Positions 56,301-64,000 of a stretch of DNA of 64,000 nt are shown in pieces; position 1 is the first letter of the stretch, and every line of letters begins with the position of its first letter. The notes below the pieces were generated by a model that worked only from the letters and a program-made list of their open reading frames with translations, was not told the origin of the DNA and did no database searches. A program made the translations under genes and the position numbers. The stretch comes from a virus (lineage: Duplodnaviria; Caudoviricetes), in IMG/VR virus record IMGVR_UViG_3300000973_000003, positions 793 to 64,792 of that record. One strand, 5' to 3'.

Positions 56301-59243
56301 CGCCCTGTCAAGCAGGGTGAAACCGTTGATACTGCTGCGGCAGGTCTTTGGTCTGGTGATACCTTCACCGTAGCAGGTGTGCCTTCTATGATTGCAGAGG
56401 GCAGTAGCATTCGCCCTTCGCTTGGGTCATCATTCCCTATGGGCTTCATGCTCAAACTTGAAGGCAAGGTTAAGACCGCAGGTAAAGGTTCATTCTTTGA
56501 GCATGACAAGATTCGTATTTTCCAAGAGTCGGCTTTGTTTGATGATTGGTTCAAGCAAATGACTCTCCCCGCACTATCGGATTTCAACAATGTTCCGATT
56601 ATGCGTGATTACAATGTTGATGGGAACATAGCAGGGGCAGGTACGGTTGAGTCATTCGGCAGCGTTACTCAAGCTCAAAACAAATCCTTGTTTCAAACAC
56701 TACGAACTATGGCTCAAGCTGCTGGTATTGGCTCTGGTGGCTCTCTTATCACATTGAACTTTCAAATGGGGCGAGATAACCGCATGGAGTTCCGACCTAC
56801 TTACAACTCTGGATTAAGCCTTGACAGAAACAATCTCAAGGTTTCTGATCTAAAAACCAGCAAAGCAAAAGCGTTTAGTCATGTTCGAGTTCTGTATAAC
56901 GGTGGAGATTCATTCGTGACATTCCCTGCTCTCAACTACAAAGACAACGTTAGGTTCAAGTTCGTTAGTGCAGTCTCCGTCGCCTCATACGCTCAAGCAA
57001 TTGAGATCGCAAAGCAAGAATACCAGAAGAAGAAAGAACCTGCATTCAAGGTTGAGGCAGAGATAATTCGTCAATCGAATGAAACGCAGAGAATCGGACC
57101 AATGCTTGAGAATGCTCGCTACGGATATATCGCTGATCCAGCCGTTCAACTGATGGGGAGGAATGGTGGGTATTGGACTGCTGGCCGAGGTGGACTACAC
57201 TTCACAGGGCAAAACAACGCACTTCACGGCAACATTCACGGATATGCTTTGCTGGACTTGTTGAACTATCAATCAAGTGCAGTTATCGGTATCGGCATCG
57301 GTGGGTATGCTGGAGCTGACGACTACACTACGACATACGGTGATGGTCTTGCTAAATATCCAACAAATGACCTTTACAATCAATTCCCCTGGACTCAAAT
57401 GTACTATTGGTACGGTGCAAAGTCCGTATCGTATGCAGTTCAAATCGTACATATCCCCAAAGCTATGCCAAAGGTGAGCGAAACCACAGGTGAAGAACTG
57501 CGAGTATTCATCTCCGATGCAGTAGCAACTGTACCCAATGCTGATCGTGAGTTCAATACTACTGCAGGTAAGAAGTTCAGCATCCACTTTGCAGACTACG
57601 ACTTCGATGAGGGGCAGGTTTTGAACCACGCACCTAAGCTCCAAGCTACTCAACATGGCATCGAAACAATCACTACGCTTGGTTCTGGCTACTTTGAAGT
57701 GCCTATCCCCGAATCGTATTGGGCTGCGGGGAATGCGGCTGGCTACAAGATGGTGGTTTCAGTTAATGCAGAATACTTAGCAGCAGTAGCACGTCATAAG
57801 ACGGCTGACAAGTTCGGAGGCAACGCAGCTACGGGTCAAACGGGTGTGATTCTGGCTGGCGGTCAAACCGCACCTGTGTTTAGCAACGCTAACGAGTTCT
57901 CTATATTCCCTCTTGGGATCAGAGAATACCCAGAACTCGGCTCATCAGCCGTTGAAAGAAGTGCTTGGTATGCACCACGAATCCACATCACCGACGATTT
58001 GAACTTCATACCAGGGACATACGCTCAATACAATGATGCTTACCTTGACATCAACGAAACCCTATTCATCTCCAGAGTCGAATACGAATACACCAATAAG
58101 AGACTTGACAAGACAAAGCTGGTTCTTGAGCGTGAGGTTGGTCGCATTCCAGAAGGTCTTGAAGGCTACTTGGCTACGAATCCGCTTGAAGATACAGGCG
58201 CAAGCGGTGGTGGCGTTGGTGGCGGTGGAGGCGGTCAAAACACACCACCTGTTTCACCAGGAGGCGGGGGTGGAGGCGGAGATGGTCCGACTGCACCATA
58301 CAAGCCTCCAACCAGCGACAATTTCCCATACGGCTACACAGGCGGTCAAACAGGCGTGAACTTTAGCAACACTTCACCCCCGTTGATGGGCGGTGCTGCT
58401 GCTGATCTGGGGCTGACTCAAACCCCTCTTCTAAGCGGGACTGAATACCTTCGACTTAACAATGATACGGGCGTTCAACAGATGGGGCAAGAAGGATCGT
58501 CAATCGCACCTTCGTTTAGTGCAAACAACATGGATGAAACAACCATGAACAAGTCAAACGGTACGATGAGCATTGATACCCTACTGCCTAACGGTGTGCA
58601 AGGAATCCCAGGCCAGCCAAGACCTGCTAAGATACCTCAAAAGATGAGGGCTATGGAGGGAATTGACACTAAGTTCGTTTCAGCCGAAGGAGAAGCTGCT
58701 GAAACAGACGGTGGTTGGATATTACCAGGATCATCCACAGTCGGATTATCCGAAGCAATCACTAAAGTTCAGCATTCATTGACTCTATCGGGTACAATCC
58801 CGATGGACTCTTCTCAACCTGTGCTTGGGCTGACTGCCTTTGTATCGGCTGAAATCCTTGATGGCGACGAAAAGTTCACACTCGAAACAACAGTCACCTG
58901 CGAGGACACAGGAGAGAGCTTGACTCACACTCATACTGAACAAGTGAACCCGTCTGGTGGTATCACCGTAAATCGTAAGCAAATCACGCTGATCCCTCAA
59001 CAATTCTTTGAGTCGGCAGGTGTTGAAGGTCGCAGGTTGAAAGCAACAATCGTGCGTAAGCCAGGGCAGGGTGTTGATACAATGAACTTCTCAAGCGTTG
59101 TTATTCATGGTGTGCAGTTCGAGAACGTAGTGCATAACAATCAAGGGACACCTGCTACGGAGAACTTAGCTGCATTTGCAGGTACAGAAAAGGACACCAA
59201 CTCTGCTGGTTTGAACTTGAATAGTGACACAAACCCACTATGA
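50370..59243 (+). CDS. Giant tail tip/hub and receptor-binding protein (2957 aa)
   Basis: Follows the TMP directly; hub-like segments (EITLKAQD; FSHVRV...ISRVEYEY); repeated beta modules; Gly/Pro linker. Confidence 0.75.
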   Translation: MNDISRRFTLWLSGYYEDFQSMRVISEGEDYAESSFYTNRRDSHAGNTMAAQAYNNSRFAFDYLTRSFTNLSPIPLIGSAAQAEAASLHNEGPSQWLTHDPNRIGATFFEGRATLTYPDTIGDAASLRTFDYPKRADYSHFASGWGTQNTYYVRHGDADATYERSSFTVPAIGSPYGTSTTRGYGKFDISNYDPTDTSGIPGIGIGKSDNTAYRKHKVMMNSSLCGVYLGETGQIAVQSSGIGLPYSYLYPIKSPSGKPFFRNTTSRRVADWIDVIYNDDGTGKGYFRFNTGSNFGNVGGLGADDQWFPLNIEAHPVTATGQTYAAGATSIVIPAALLTAEDKANILNPTNDRHLPDKTTGTPTQFIQVGTETKTYSAFSINGSGDLTFTLTSGLSGTQGSNPTIAYFKWKDQESGDDTITFYNLTAGGTPDVAPVFQNRQDTADGMAYPLLSFKNASGTLRTTTARTVMGGVGQNSPSWNVQSNTSKGYTYYSVATTLQSGHGGFQADPEYSAARDPFFTLDNVYGRLQVGDYITRFGSDTPEKILTILSDGSMKTDGVFVAPGGSTFARKATHGSGNGGTTGRSKDGMFGFQPVIVGDTELNAQTDGERFTIRLANQSFNQTASAIPGEVDCSFMLSVGYNKSEAGFSMNERGNALATKAAITHLFRPLSGEGLAGARATQFNMFVEGTTGKQTHTMDQLWYDLDIVVDFTAQGYYVFNDGTLVGALNPFNAKTDGTPWTATDLYGWSLGVHFPQGKDTSDTVGWETMTTMIDRAGYIYAISDRMTHASIPANIQQDDVIFEKFKIKSVVDGISQADFTLLDDNDLINLPQLVSGRPNWKMLLFRDNDYRPIHSSIVSAVNFKQNNMKKTKEITLKAQDSLGELDFQFPYFDIGQENGAPSLVAHYRRYEVTNYAEIFHFGTTSLLNLNPFLGFDEDSKGSTGEYLPRYDQRMRLYSGHPIQLYSNENTNGPNYTEDAWEVSRLIDHFEPHPLDATKTKVVLKSDHIKYAGDPIPAGVQVAIKGNWRNVGAVTGSITSEKSPPSVGEKGLIAASNTGVQENNPHNEYRGLWTVEQAQTVTTFDLISSYNFLTVADTSLFPASGTVKVGGTGTTGNFGTTYTYSSKTSTQLILTTTLGQEWAAGTVVRETTASDHITIDKEWKKSLRLQNIRSDGTNLVMDFRPETDYHKEYEFMGGTGFANSQSVFAKNDRMTPTTAPNGELIRLYVQPNATGISQESALADLPSQVYTSSEILVNGGQSSPTPIQATIKTTILVSDLSANLQAALPINAGSTAGIGDAIECDLAYLSFPKERGQSFTLRNVGSSYSYRNIHNRWMRDLTQSLWFQKTYGVIGQYPYGATAWRGTTLLSAALTTLAAEFNTAADTTITLGDVTNFPYAGVCEIWTNNPNPNVLNNNQAIMLTSFTYVGKDSANNRLTNVKFADPNKGVIATSGGAGSRTVIARNIDGDYKHCFVLFADMRNDGSADADGGTRKSDFGLLHPIEQNYKLKVVWADTGKNFVDLKIGADADIWQLNAQNDPATGTAWSDNPTAIMTDYDNPAILIGGRSDDTELLTHYHNWEDKAGAFVIVDLSKFFNLNTEANLGRIAQTAGGNKQLGELLVEGAGEPTLIDNYHYQAAATYQNSESPILQHFNSYRWADAKTTLTNDIVSATPTSTTTAITDPADTEMNVQDNASFPSSGTNFLLGADTFDYTAKGGILASARPANLGNDVTGNGTFTTSGGGATTNATGTYKVAFPILNLKVDPAGGAATGWGTSKTYDWETNPIGAFGTIDSDSSGILDKTTGSSFVIQSDRGFDPGVVPTINILKRPVGALDGLDPAQNFYMNTIGQLKFAEPFVITNPGSGFTSAPTFNFSTSSTATARATLSTTQLCGITGVAQVAPAGTGVSTGSAIDYLDVESTDNFPARLGINAFAGQNTAGIIEAKTKDANGNEYDMKYVFTYTSKTATRLSGISYRPVKQGETVDTAAAGLWSGDTFTVAGVPSMIAEGSSIRPSLGSSFPMGFMLKLEGKVKTAGKGSFFEHDKIRIFQESALFDDWFKQMTLPALSDFNNVPIMRDYNVDGNIAGAGTVESFGSVTQAQNKSLFQTLRTMAQAAGIGSGGSLITLNFQMGRDNRMEFRPTYNSGLSLDRNNLKVSDLKTSKAKAFSHVRVLYNGGDSFVTFPALNYKDNVRFKFVSAVSVASYAQAIEIAKQEYQKKKEPAFKVEAEIIRQSNETQRIGPMLENARYGYIADPAVQLMGRNGGYWTAGRGGLHFTGQNNALHGNIHGYALLDLLNYQSSAVIGIGIGGYAGADDYTTTYGDGLAKYPTNDLYNQFPWTQMYYWYGAKSVSYAVQIVHIPKAMPKVSETTGEELRVFISDAVATVPNADREFNTTAGKKFSIHFADYDFDEGQVLNHAPKLQATQHGIETITTLGSGYFEVPIPESYWAAGNAAGYKMVVSVNAEYLAAVARHKTADKFGGNAATGQTGVILAGGQTAPVFSNANEFSIFPLGIREYPELGSSAVERSAWYAPRIHITDDLNFIPGTYAQYNDAYLDINETLFISRVEYEYTNKRLDKTKLVLEREVGRIPEGLEGYLATNPLEDTGASGGGVGGGGGGQNTPPVSPGGGGGGGDGPTAPYKPPTSDNFPYGYTGGQTGVNFSNTSPPLMGGAAADLGLTQTPLLSGTEYLRLNNDTGVQQMGQEGSSIAPSFSANNMDETTMNKSNGTMSIDTLLPNGVQGIPGQPRPAKIPQKMRAMEGIDTKFVSAEGEAAETDGGWILPGSSTVGLSEAITKVQHSLTLSGTIPMDSSQPVLGLTAFVSAEILDGDEKFTLETTVTCEDTGESLTHTHTEQVNPSGGITVNRKQITLIPQQFFESAGVEGRRLKATIVRKPGQGVDTMNFSSVVIHGVQFENVVHNNQGTPATENLAAFAGTEKDTNSAGLNLNSDTNPL

Positions 59244-59948
59244 TTCGTACAAATCACGCAGAGATAGGATAGTTTGAGCCTTCTTTCGCCCGATACCATC
59301 AATCTCCATGAGGGAGGCTTGTGTGGTTTTAGATCGTAGCAACTTAGGAATACTGCCGAACTTCTCAAGAATAGCCTCTGCGTGAACAGTAGTAAGCCCT
59401 GGTAAGGCAGCAAGGCAAGCGACTCTCGGATCAGTACCAGAAGGCAACTTACGAATCTCTGCTGGCATTGTCAATCGCTGACCGATGGCTTGTAGGTGGT
59501 GAACTTTAGCGATATACTCCACGAACTCATCCATCGAATTAACCTGCATGAATTGGATTTGAGGAAACCGATGATAAAGCTCCTGTTTGAATGACTTAAT
59601 GACGTTATGCGCCCTTGCGTGAACCTGTCTTGCGTTCTGTCGTGGAGCTCCTGGTCTTTGATACACCTTGATTTGAGTCCCATAAACAACAAGCATAGGT
59701 CGCTCAAAAGCTTCGCACAGGTCTTGTAGTTGAGCATAGATGGTTCGAGAGCGACCAATACCCAGAATGCTCTGCCATAGGTCGTTAATCTCCTTCGCTT
59801 CAATGCCTATGTCGCCTATGATATAATCCGCAGCTTGAAGTCGCTTAACTTCTGCTTGACCTGCTGGATTATGCTTACGATCTCCAAAAGCAACCAGCAT
59901 TTTGTTAATGACTTTGGGGTTCTCCCTGTCGTCAATAACAACTGTCAT
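59238..59948 (-). CDS. ERCC4/XPF-family nuclease with HhH domain
   Basis: VIDDRE, ADY, IEAKEINDL, LPGL and EIDGIGRKKA. Confidence 0.9.
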   Translation of the reverse strand: MTVVIDDRENPKVINKMLVAFGDRKHNPAGQAEVKRLQAADYIIGDIGIEAKEINDLWQSILGIGRSRTIYAQLQDLCEAFERPMLVVYGTQIKVYQRPGAPRQNARQVHARAHNVIKSFKQELYHRFPQIQFMQVNSMDEFVEYIAKVHHLQAIGQRLTMPAEIRKLPSGTDPRVACLAALPGLTTVHAEAILEKFGSIPKLLRSKTTQASLMEIDGIGRKKAQTILSLRDLYES

Positions 59949-59987
59949 GGTGTTGCATCAGCAATCATCACTTTAACCTACGCACTA

Positions 59988-60980
59988 TCACAGGGCTACT
60001 GACCCATCATATCGCCAGCATTTGCCTTTGCACATACCCTTGCCGACAAACCATTTACATGAAGGAGTTCCTTTCATTTCAACAATAGAAGCCAAGTGGT
60101 TTCGAGTGATACCTTCTTTGAAGTCCCTCCATCCGAGAGGCTTGATGAACTCAACGGCCTGATCTATGCAGAGCTTCTTCTCTTCTTTGCTCATGTGAGC
60201 TGGGTCTGCAAAGTTCCTCAATGACTCCATGAGATGCTGACCCAACGCCACTCGAACATAGTTCTGGGGGTTTGAAGTATTGATTGAGTCAAGGCAAGGC
60301 ATAATCGGAATCGTTTCAGCTCCGACAATATCACCTAACGATGTTTCGACTTCGTGCTGAATTGTTTCTGGTGGGTTGTCATTCACCCACTTAACGAAGC
60401 TAAACGTGCTTTCGTGGTTGCCGAATGGGTCAAGGTGAGTCATTGAGAACTGTGGTTGCTTAGGTATCTCGTAGCCATGTGGATCAGAAGCAAACTTCTT
60501 TGCATCTATGATAACACAGAACCGCTTACGCTTAGGATTGATAGTGCCTGGGATTCGACAGAGCCTATCCACAGTTCCTATGCAGTCTAAAGTTCCTAAT
60601 CCATCAGCCATCTCACGTTCATAGCGCACAAGTTCAGTAGGCCACCGATCTTCACGCACAGGTTCTTTGAATATCTGGTGAATGTGGAAGCCTCTGCCTG
60701 TGGCTACGGCCAATACTGTGCCTTCAAGCCTGTTTATCAGCGTAGCTGCATCATCTTTGACCTGTGGATCATCCATACCGTCGAAATCCCACCATGCTCT
60801 GTCAATTATGGCTGATTGATAGTCGAATACTTGCCGATAACCATTCCACTTCTTGTCCGCGAAGGCGTACAGGCTGGTATAGCAAGCGGTTTTGTCCCAC
60901 ATCATACGCACATATCGGTTGAAATCGGCTTGATTAGCGCATTGTGTACGCTTGAGTCCTATTTCACGCGGAAAGAACAT
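59988..60980 (-). CDS. Archaeo-eukaryotic primase, PriS catalytic domain fused to a PriL-like Cys domain
   Basis: WWDFD, TGRGFHIH, RLCRIPGTIN, then MPCL...PSCKW...MCKGKC. Confidence 0.85.
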   Translation of the reverse strand: MFFPREIGLKRTQCANQADFNRYVRMMWDKTACYTSLYAFADKKWNGYRQVFDYQSAIIDRAWWDFDGMDDPQVKDDAATLINRLEGTVLAVATGRGFHIHQIFKEPVREDRWPTELVRYEREMADGLGTLDCIGTVDRLCRIPGTINPKRKRFCVIIDAKKFASDPHGYEIPKQPQFSMTHLDPFGNHESTFSFVKWVNDNPPETIQHEVETSLGDIVGAETIPIMPCLDSINTSNPQNYVRVALGQHLMESLRNFADPAHMSKEEKKLCIDQAVEFIKPLGWRDFKEGITRNHLASIVEMKGTPSCKWFVGKGMCKGKCWRYDGSVAL

Positions 60981-61105
60981 CAAACCACACCCTCATGACC
61001 GCAGACAGGGCATTTGTACTCCGCTTTCGGGAGCTTACCCGCTTCGCCCATGAGGACAAGTCGTTTTGGGTCGGGTAATTCAGCATCACATTCGGGACAA
61101 ATCAT
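60980..61105 (-). CDS. 41-aa Zn-ribbon protein (not in ORF track)
   Basis: MICPECD...YKCPVCGH; overlaps the flanking genes at both ends. Confidence 0.65.
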   Translation of the reverse strand: MICPECDAELPDPKRLVLMGEAGKLPKAEYKCPVCGHEGVV

Positions 61106-61953
61106 GGTGTCACCACCGTTGCGCCACCTGTGAGTTCTGTTTCACAGCTCATGTGATAATCGCACCATTCAACGCAGAAATAGTCGTTCCATTTCATCGG
61201 CACGTCTAATTCCTTCATACCTTTGACTGCTTCACCGAGGTTCTTAGCGCATCCATTCAACGATCTGTTGGTGATTGGCTCAACAATAACGACACCTTGC
61301 GTATTCCCCATGTAAATGTCCCTTTTTTGTCGCTTTTGGTTAAGCAAAGAGGACACCAGCTTTTCGTCTTGACAGTCTGGAGCAATAATGCAGTAGTGAG
61401 TAATCTCTTCGGACTTAAAACGCCCAGAAAGACGAAGAATACGGTGATAAAACGCCAATTCTTTACGGAACTTGGATATTTTGCTCGTTGTCACATTCCC
61501 TGTCTTCAGCTCCACAATCATGACTCCGCCATCTGGGTGTCGAAACAATCCGTCAATCATACCAACCAGGGTGCAGTCATTCTTCTCGTCATAGACGGTG
61601 ATCTTCTCTTCGAGAGAAATGATGTTGAGTCCGTTGTGATCCTCGCTCATCATCTGCAACAAATCGCTTAGGTTTTGTACGCCCAGATCGTGAGCGTAGT
61701 CTGTCTTTGCAGCTTCTTCTGCGATAGCGATAGGTATAGGTCGCACGTCAAGCGTGGGTGTAAGAGCATACTCCATGACTTCGTGAATAGCAGTTCCTCG
61801 TATCATAGCCTCGCTTGATGGTGTGCGTACATCGTGCAATACGACATAATTAAACCACCATTGACGAGGACAAGACAGATATGACATAAACGAGGACTTT
61901 GAGACTCGGAGAATACCTGGTGAGGCTGGATCGTATTGATTGACCTTACTCAT
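61102..61953 (-). CDS. Cas4-like PD-(D/E)xK exonuclease
   Basis: SCPRQW, GTAIH, GMIDG, VELKTG, ELAFY and CVEWCDYHMSC. Confidence 0.85.
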   Translation of the reverse strand: MSKVNQYDPASPGILRVSKSSFMSYLSCPRQWWFNYVVLHDVRTPSSEAMIRGTAIHEVMEYALTPTLDVRPIPIAIAEEAAKTDYAHDLGVQNLSDLLQMMSEDHNGLNIISLEEKITVYDEKNDCTLVGMIDGLFRHPDGGVMIVELKTGNVTTSKISKFRKELAFYHRILRLSGRFKSEEITHYCIIAPDCQDEKLVSSLLNQKRQKRDIYMGNTQGVVIVEPITNRSLNGCAKNLGEAVKGMKELDVPMKWNDYFCVEWCDYHMSCETELTGGATVVTP

Positions 61954-62197
61954 CCTTACCAGCACCCTTCTTGCTTGCTTTCTTCGCAGGTTTTAGAGGG
62001 AGTTCGATAACATCATCGAAGTCTCCATACGCCTTTGCTTCTTTCAAGGTAAAGGATGCTGGCAGAATGCAACCCTCTAAGCCTTTAGCTTCGAGAGGCA
62101 ATCCTTTGCCGTAGCACCAGACTTCTGCATCTGGGTTTGCAGCGACCCATTCCCTAATGAGGGACAGGTCATCACAAAGCAACAATACGTTAGCCAT
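61946..62197 (-). CDS. Hypothetical protein
   Basis: MANVLLLCDD start after a GGGGAG SD. Confidence 0.5.
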   Translation of the reverse strand: MANVLLLCDDLSLIREWVAANPDAEVWCYGKGLPLEAKGLEGCILPASFTLKEAKAYGDFDDVIELPLKPAKKASKKGAGKDE

Positions 62198-62204
62198 ACT
62201 CTCA

Positions 62205-62435
62205 CTACTCCCCTTGCGACTCTTCAACCTTTTCCTCTGGTACAGGATGCGGTTTGAACTCAACACCTGTCTTTTCACAGAGTTCTTGAATGTGATCTTC
62301 ATGTCGGATTATGTCGTTTCGAGCTGAAGCACCGATGAGATTTACGAATTGTTGAAGCTCACCCATAGCATTTTCAAGCTTTTCGATGCGTTCTTCTAAC
62401 TGTGCAACCGTTGGTTTCTTGCCTTTGCGCGTCAT
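62205..62435 (-). CDS. Small coiled-coil protein
   Basis: TTATAAGGG box 22 nt upstream of ATG 62435. Confidence 0.6.
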   Translation of the reverse strand: MTRKGKKPTVAQLEERIEKLENAMGELQQFVNLIGASARNDIIRHEDHIQELCEKTGVEFKPHPVPEEKVEESQGE

Positions 62436-62469
62436 ACCTTGACGAGCAAGCACCCCCTTATAATGTTGC

Positions 62470-63990
62470 TTACAAATCAGCAACAAGAACTTCGGTTAGG
62501 ATAACCATTGATGCAATCGAAACGGCTGCACGAAGAGAGGACTTGACTACGCTCGCAGCGTCAAGCACTCCTTCTTCTCGAAGGTTGCCGAATCTCCTGG
62601 TCTTAGCGTTGTAGCCGTAGTCGCCCACTTGTTTGAGCAAGCTCTCAATCACGGCATCTGGATCAACACCAGCATTGACTGATAATTGAAACAGGGGCAT
62701 ACGCAAGGCAAGCGATAGAATCTCTTGAGCAGCTACGCCTTCACCCTTCATAGGAAACTCATCAATCAACGATGAGAGTTTAAGTAGTGTCAAGCCACCA
62801 CCGACTACAACACCTTCTTTGATAGCAGCCCTTGTGGTATTCAAAGCATCATCAACCCGTTCTTTGGTTTCTTTCATTTGCGTTGAACTCGAAGCACCGA
62901 CTCGGATAACACCAACACCGCCTTTCAACTTCGACATACGCTCATAGATTGCATCAGCAAGTTCACGCTCTCCATCCAGGTCAGCCTTGTTTATTTGTTG
63001 GTTGAGGACTTCGCATCGTGCGGTTGTATCTCCTTTAGCACCAATCAAGCGGGTGTAGTTCTTACCGATAACTGCCTTGCCGATAAGCCCAGACTCACCG
63101 AGCAACGCTTCAAGATCGGCCATAGCATCGTCAAAGTGAAATGGTGGGTGAATAACTGCACAGGCTCGCATGACTCCACGTTGAACATTCGTGATGAGAG
63201 TTTGCAGAGCTTCGCCTTCAACACCCTTAGCGATAATCAACAATGCTTTCTGATCTCCAAGAGCCTTCTCCATAGCAGGTACTATGTCGTCATTCTGGGT
63301 GATAATCTCCTTTGACAAGTGAACATAGGCATTATCAAGTTCAGCCTCGAAAGAGCCAGGCTTGGTTATGAAGTGAGGACTTGCGAAACCTGCATCAATC
63401 TCCATGCCTTCAACAATGTCGAATGAATGCTTAGTCGTATGACTTTCTTCGACGGTGATGATTCCTTCGTAGTTTGTTTGTTGTAAAGCGTCAGCGACTA
63501 AAACGCCCAAGCTTGGGTCATTGTTTGCAGCTATCGTAGCCACCTCAAGGATTTGTTGTTTGCGTTCTTCTTCATCCTCTGGTTCAATAACGAAGTCATC
63601 AATGTACTCTTCGCAAGCTTGAAGCATGACTTCAAGAGCGATTTTAATGTTGAGAGGATTGAAGTTCTGGTCAAGCAAAGTAAGTCCTTTTTCGCAGAGA
63701 TTAGCTGCAATAAGAGTAGCAGTAGTAGTACCGTCGCCACCATGCGCTTGAGCGTTGTTGGCTACTTCTTGAATCAGTCGAATACCCATCATCTCGTATG
63801 GATCATCGGATTCAATGTCGTTAGCAATCGTGACTCCATCGTTGATTGTCAATGGAGAACCGTATGGGCGTTCAAGCATGACGTATCGTGCAGACGGTCC
63901 GAGCGTCGGTGCGACTGCATCAGCCACCAGACGAATACCGTTCATTAGCTTCTGTCGTGCTTCTTTGCCCTTAATTGCCTTCTTCGTCAA
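62470..63990 (-). CDS. groEL: Group I (GroEL-like) chaperonin
   Basis: TLGP, TINDGVTIA, GDGTTTAT, EGM, GGVGVIRVG, KERVDDAL, EGVVVGGG. Confidence 0.92.
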   Translation of the reverse strand: MTKKAIKGKEARQKLMNGIRLVADAVAPTLGPSARYVMLERPYGSPLTINDGVTIANDIESDDPYEMMGIRLIQEVANNAQAHGGDGTTTATLIAANLCEKGLTLLDQNFNPLNIKIALEVMLQACEEYIDDFVIEPEDEEERKQQILEVATIAANNDPSLGVLVADALQQTNYEGIITVEESHTTKHSFDIVEGMEIDAGFASPHFITKPGSFEAELDNAYVHLSKEIITQNDDIVPAMEKALGDQKALLIIAKGVEGEALQTLITNVQRGVMRACAVIHPPFHFDDAMADLEALLGESGLIGKAVIGKNYTRLIGAKGDTTARCEVLNQQINKADLDGERELADAIYERMSKLKGGVGVIRVGASSSTQMKETKERVDDALNTTRAAIKEGVVVGGGLTLLKLSSLIDEFPMKGEGVAAQEILSLALRMPLFQLSVNAGVDPDAVIESLLKQVGDYGYNAKTRRFGNLREEGVLDAASVVKSSLRAAVSIASMVILTEVLVADL

Positions 63991-64000
63991 GTTCTAACAC

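Noticed and set aside
57123-57133. GATATATCGC inside the giant tail gene as a fifth late promoter
   Set aside because: Lacks the leading TT and trailing A, and no start or SD follows at the expected distance.

Overview
This window is a 64-kb slice of a lytic tailed dsDNA virus (Caudoviricetes, HK97-type head, long non-contractile-type tail) with an archaeal host. It is most likely a magrovirus of Marine Group II Euryarchaeota (Poseidoniales); the taxonomy is inferred from gene content. Supporting evidence: PolB, RFC clamp loader, PCNA-like clamp, MCM-like helicase, fused AEP primase, ERCC4 nuclease, Cas4-like nuclease, a chaperonin, archaeal TATA promoters about 22 nt before start codons, and GGAGGTGA Shine-Dalgarno sites. 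Layout: (i) minus strand 1-19.2 kb, DNA modification and replication, with four methyltransferases; (ii) minus strand 19.2-29.1 kb, a tightly coupled array of short early genes flanked by repeat-rich non-coding blocks; (iii) terminase on the minus strand, divergent from a plus-strand morphogenesis operon at 31.7-59.2 kb that ends in a 2957-aa tail protein; (iv) minus strand 59.2-64 kb, ERCC4, primase, Cas4-like nuclease and GroEL-like chaperonin. I saw no integrase, tRNA, rRNA or CRISPR array. The most notable observations are an out-of-frame gene nested in the C5 methyltransferase that resembles the M.EcoHK31I beta subunit, a candidate transcription-primed origin at 16.6-17.0 kb, three distinct promoter classes, a scaffold gene nested in the protease with its own promoter, an 18-bp repeat array with orphan promoters near the probable genome end, and a -1 frameshift site in the tail chaperone. 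All homology calls come from motif recognition by eye; no searches were run.
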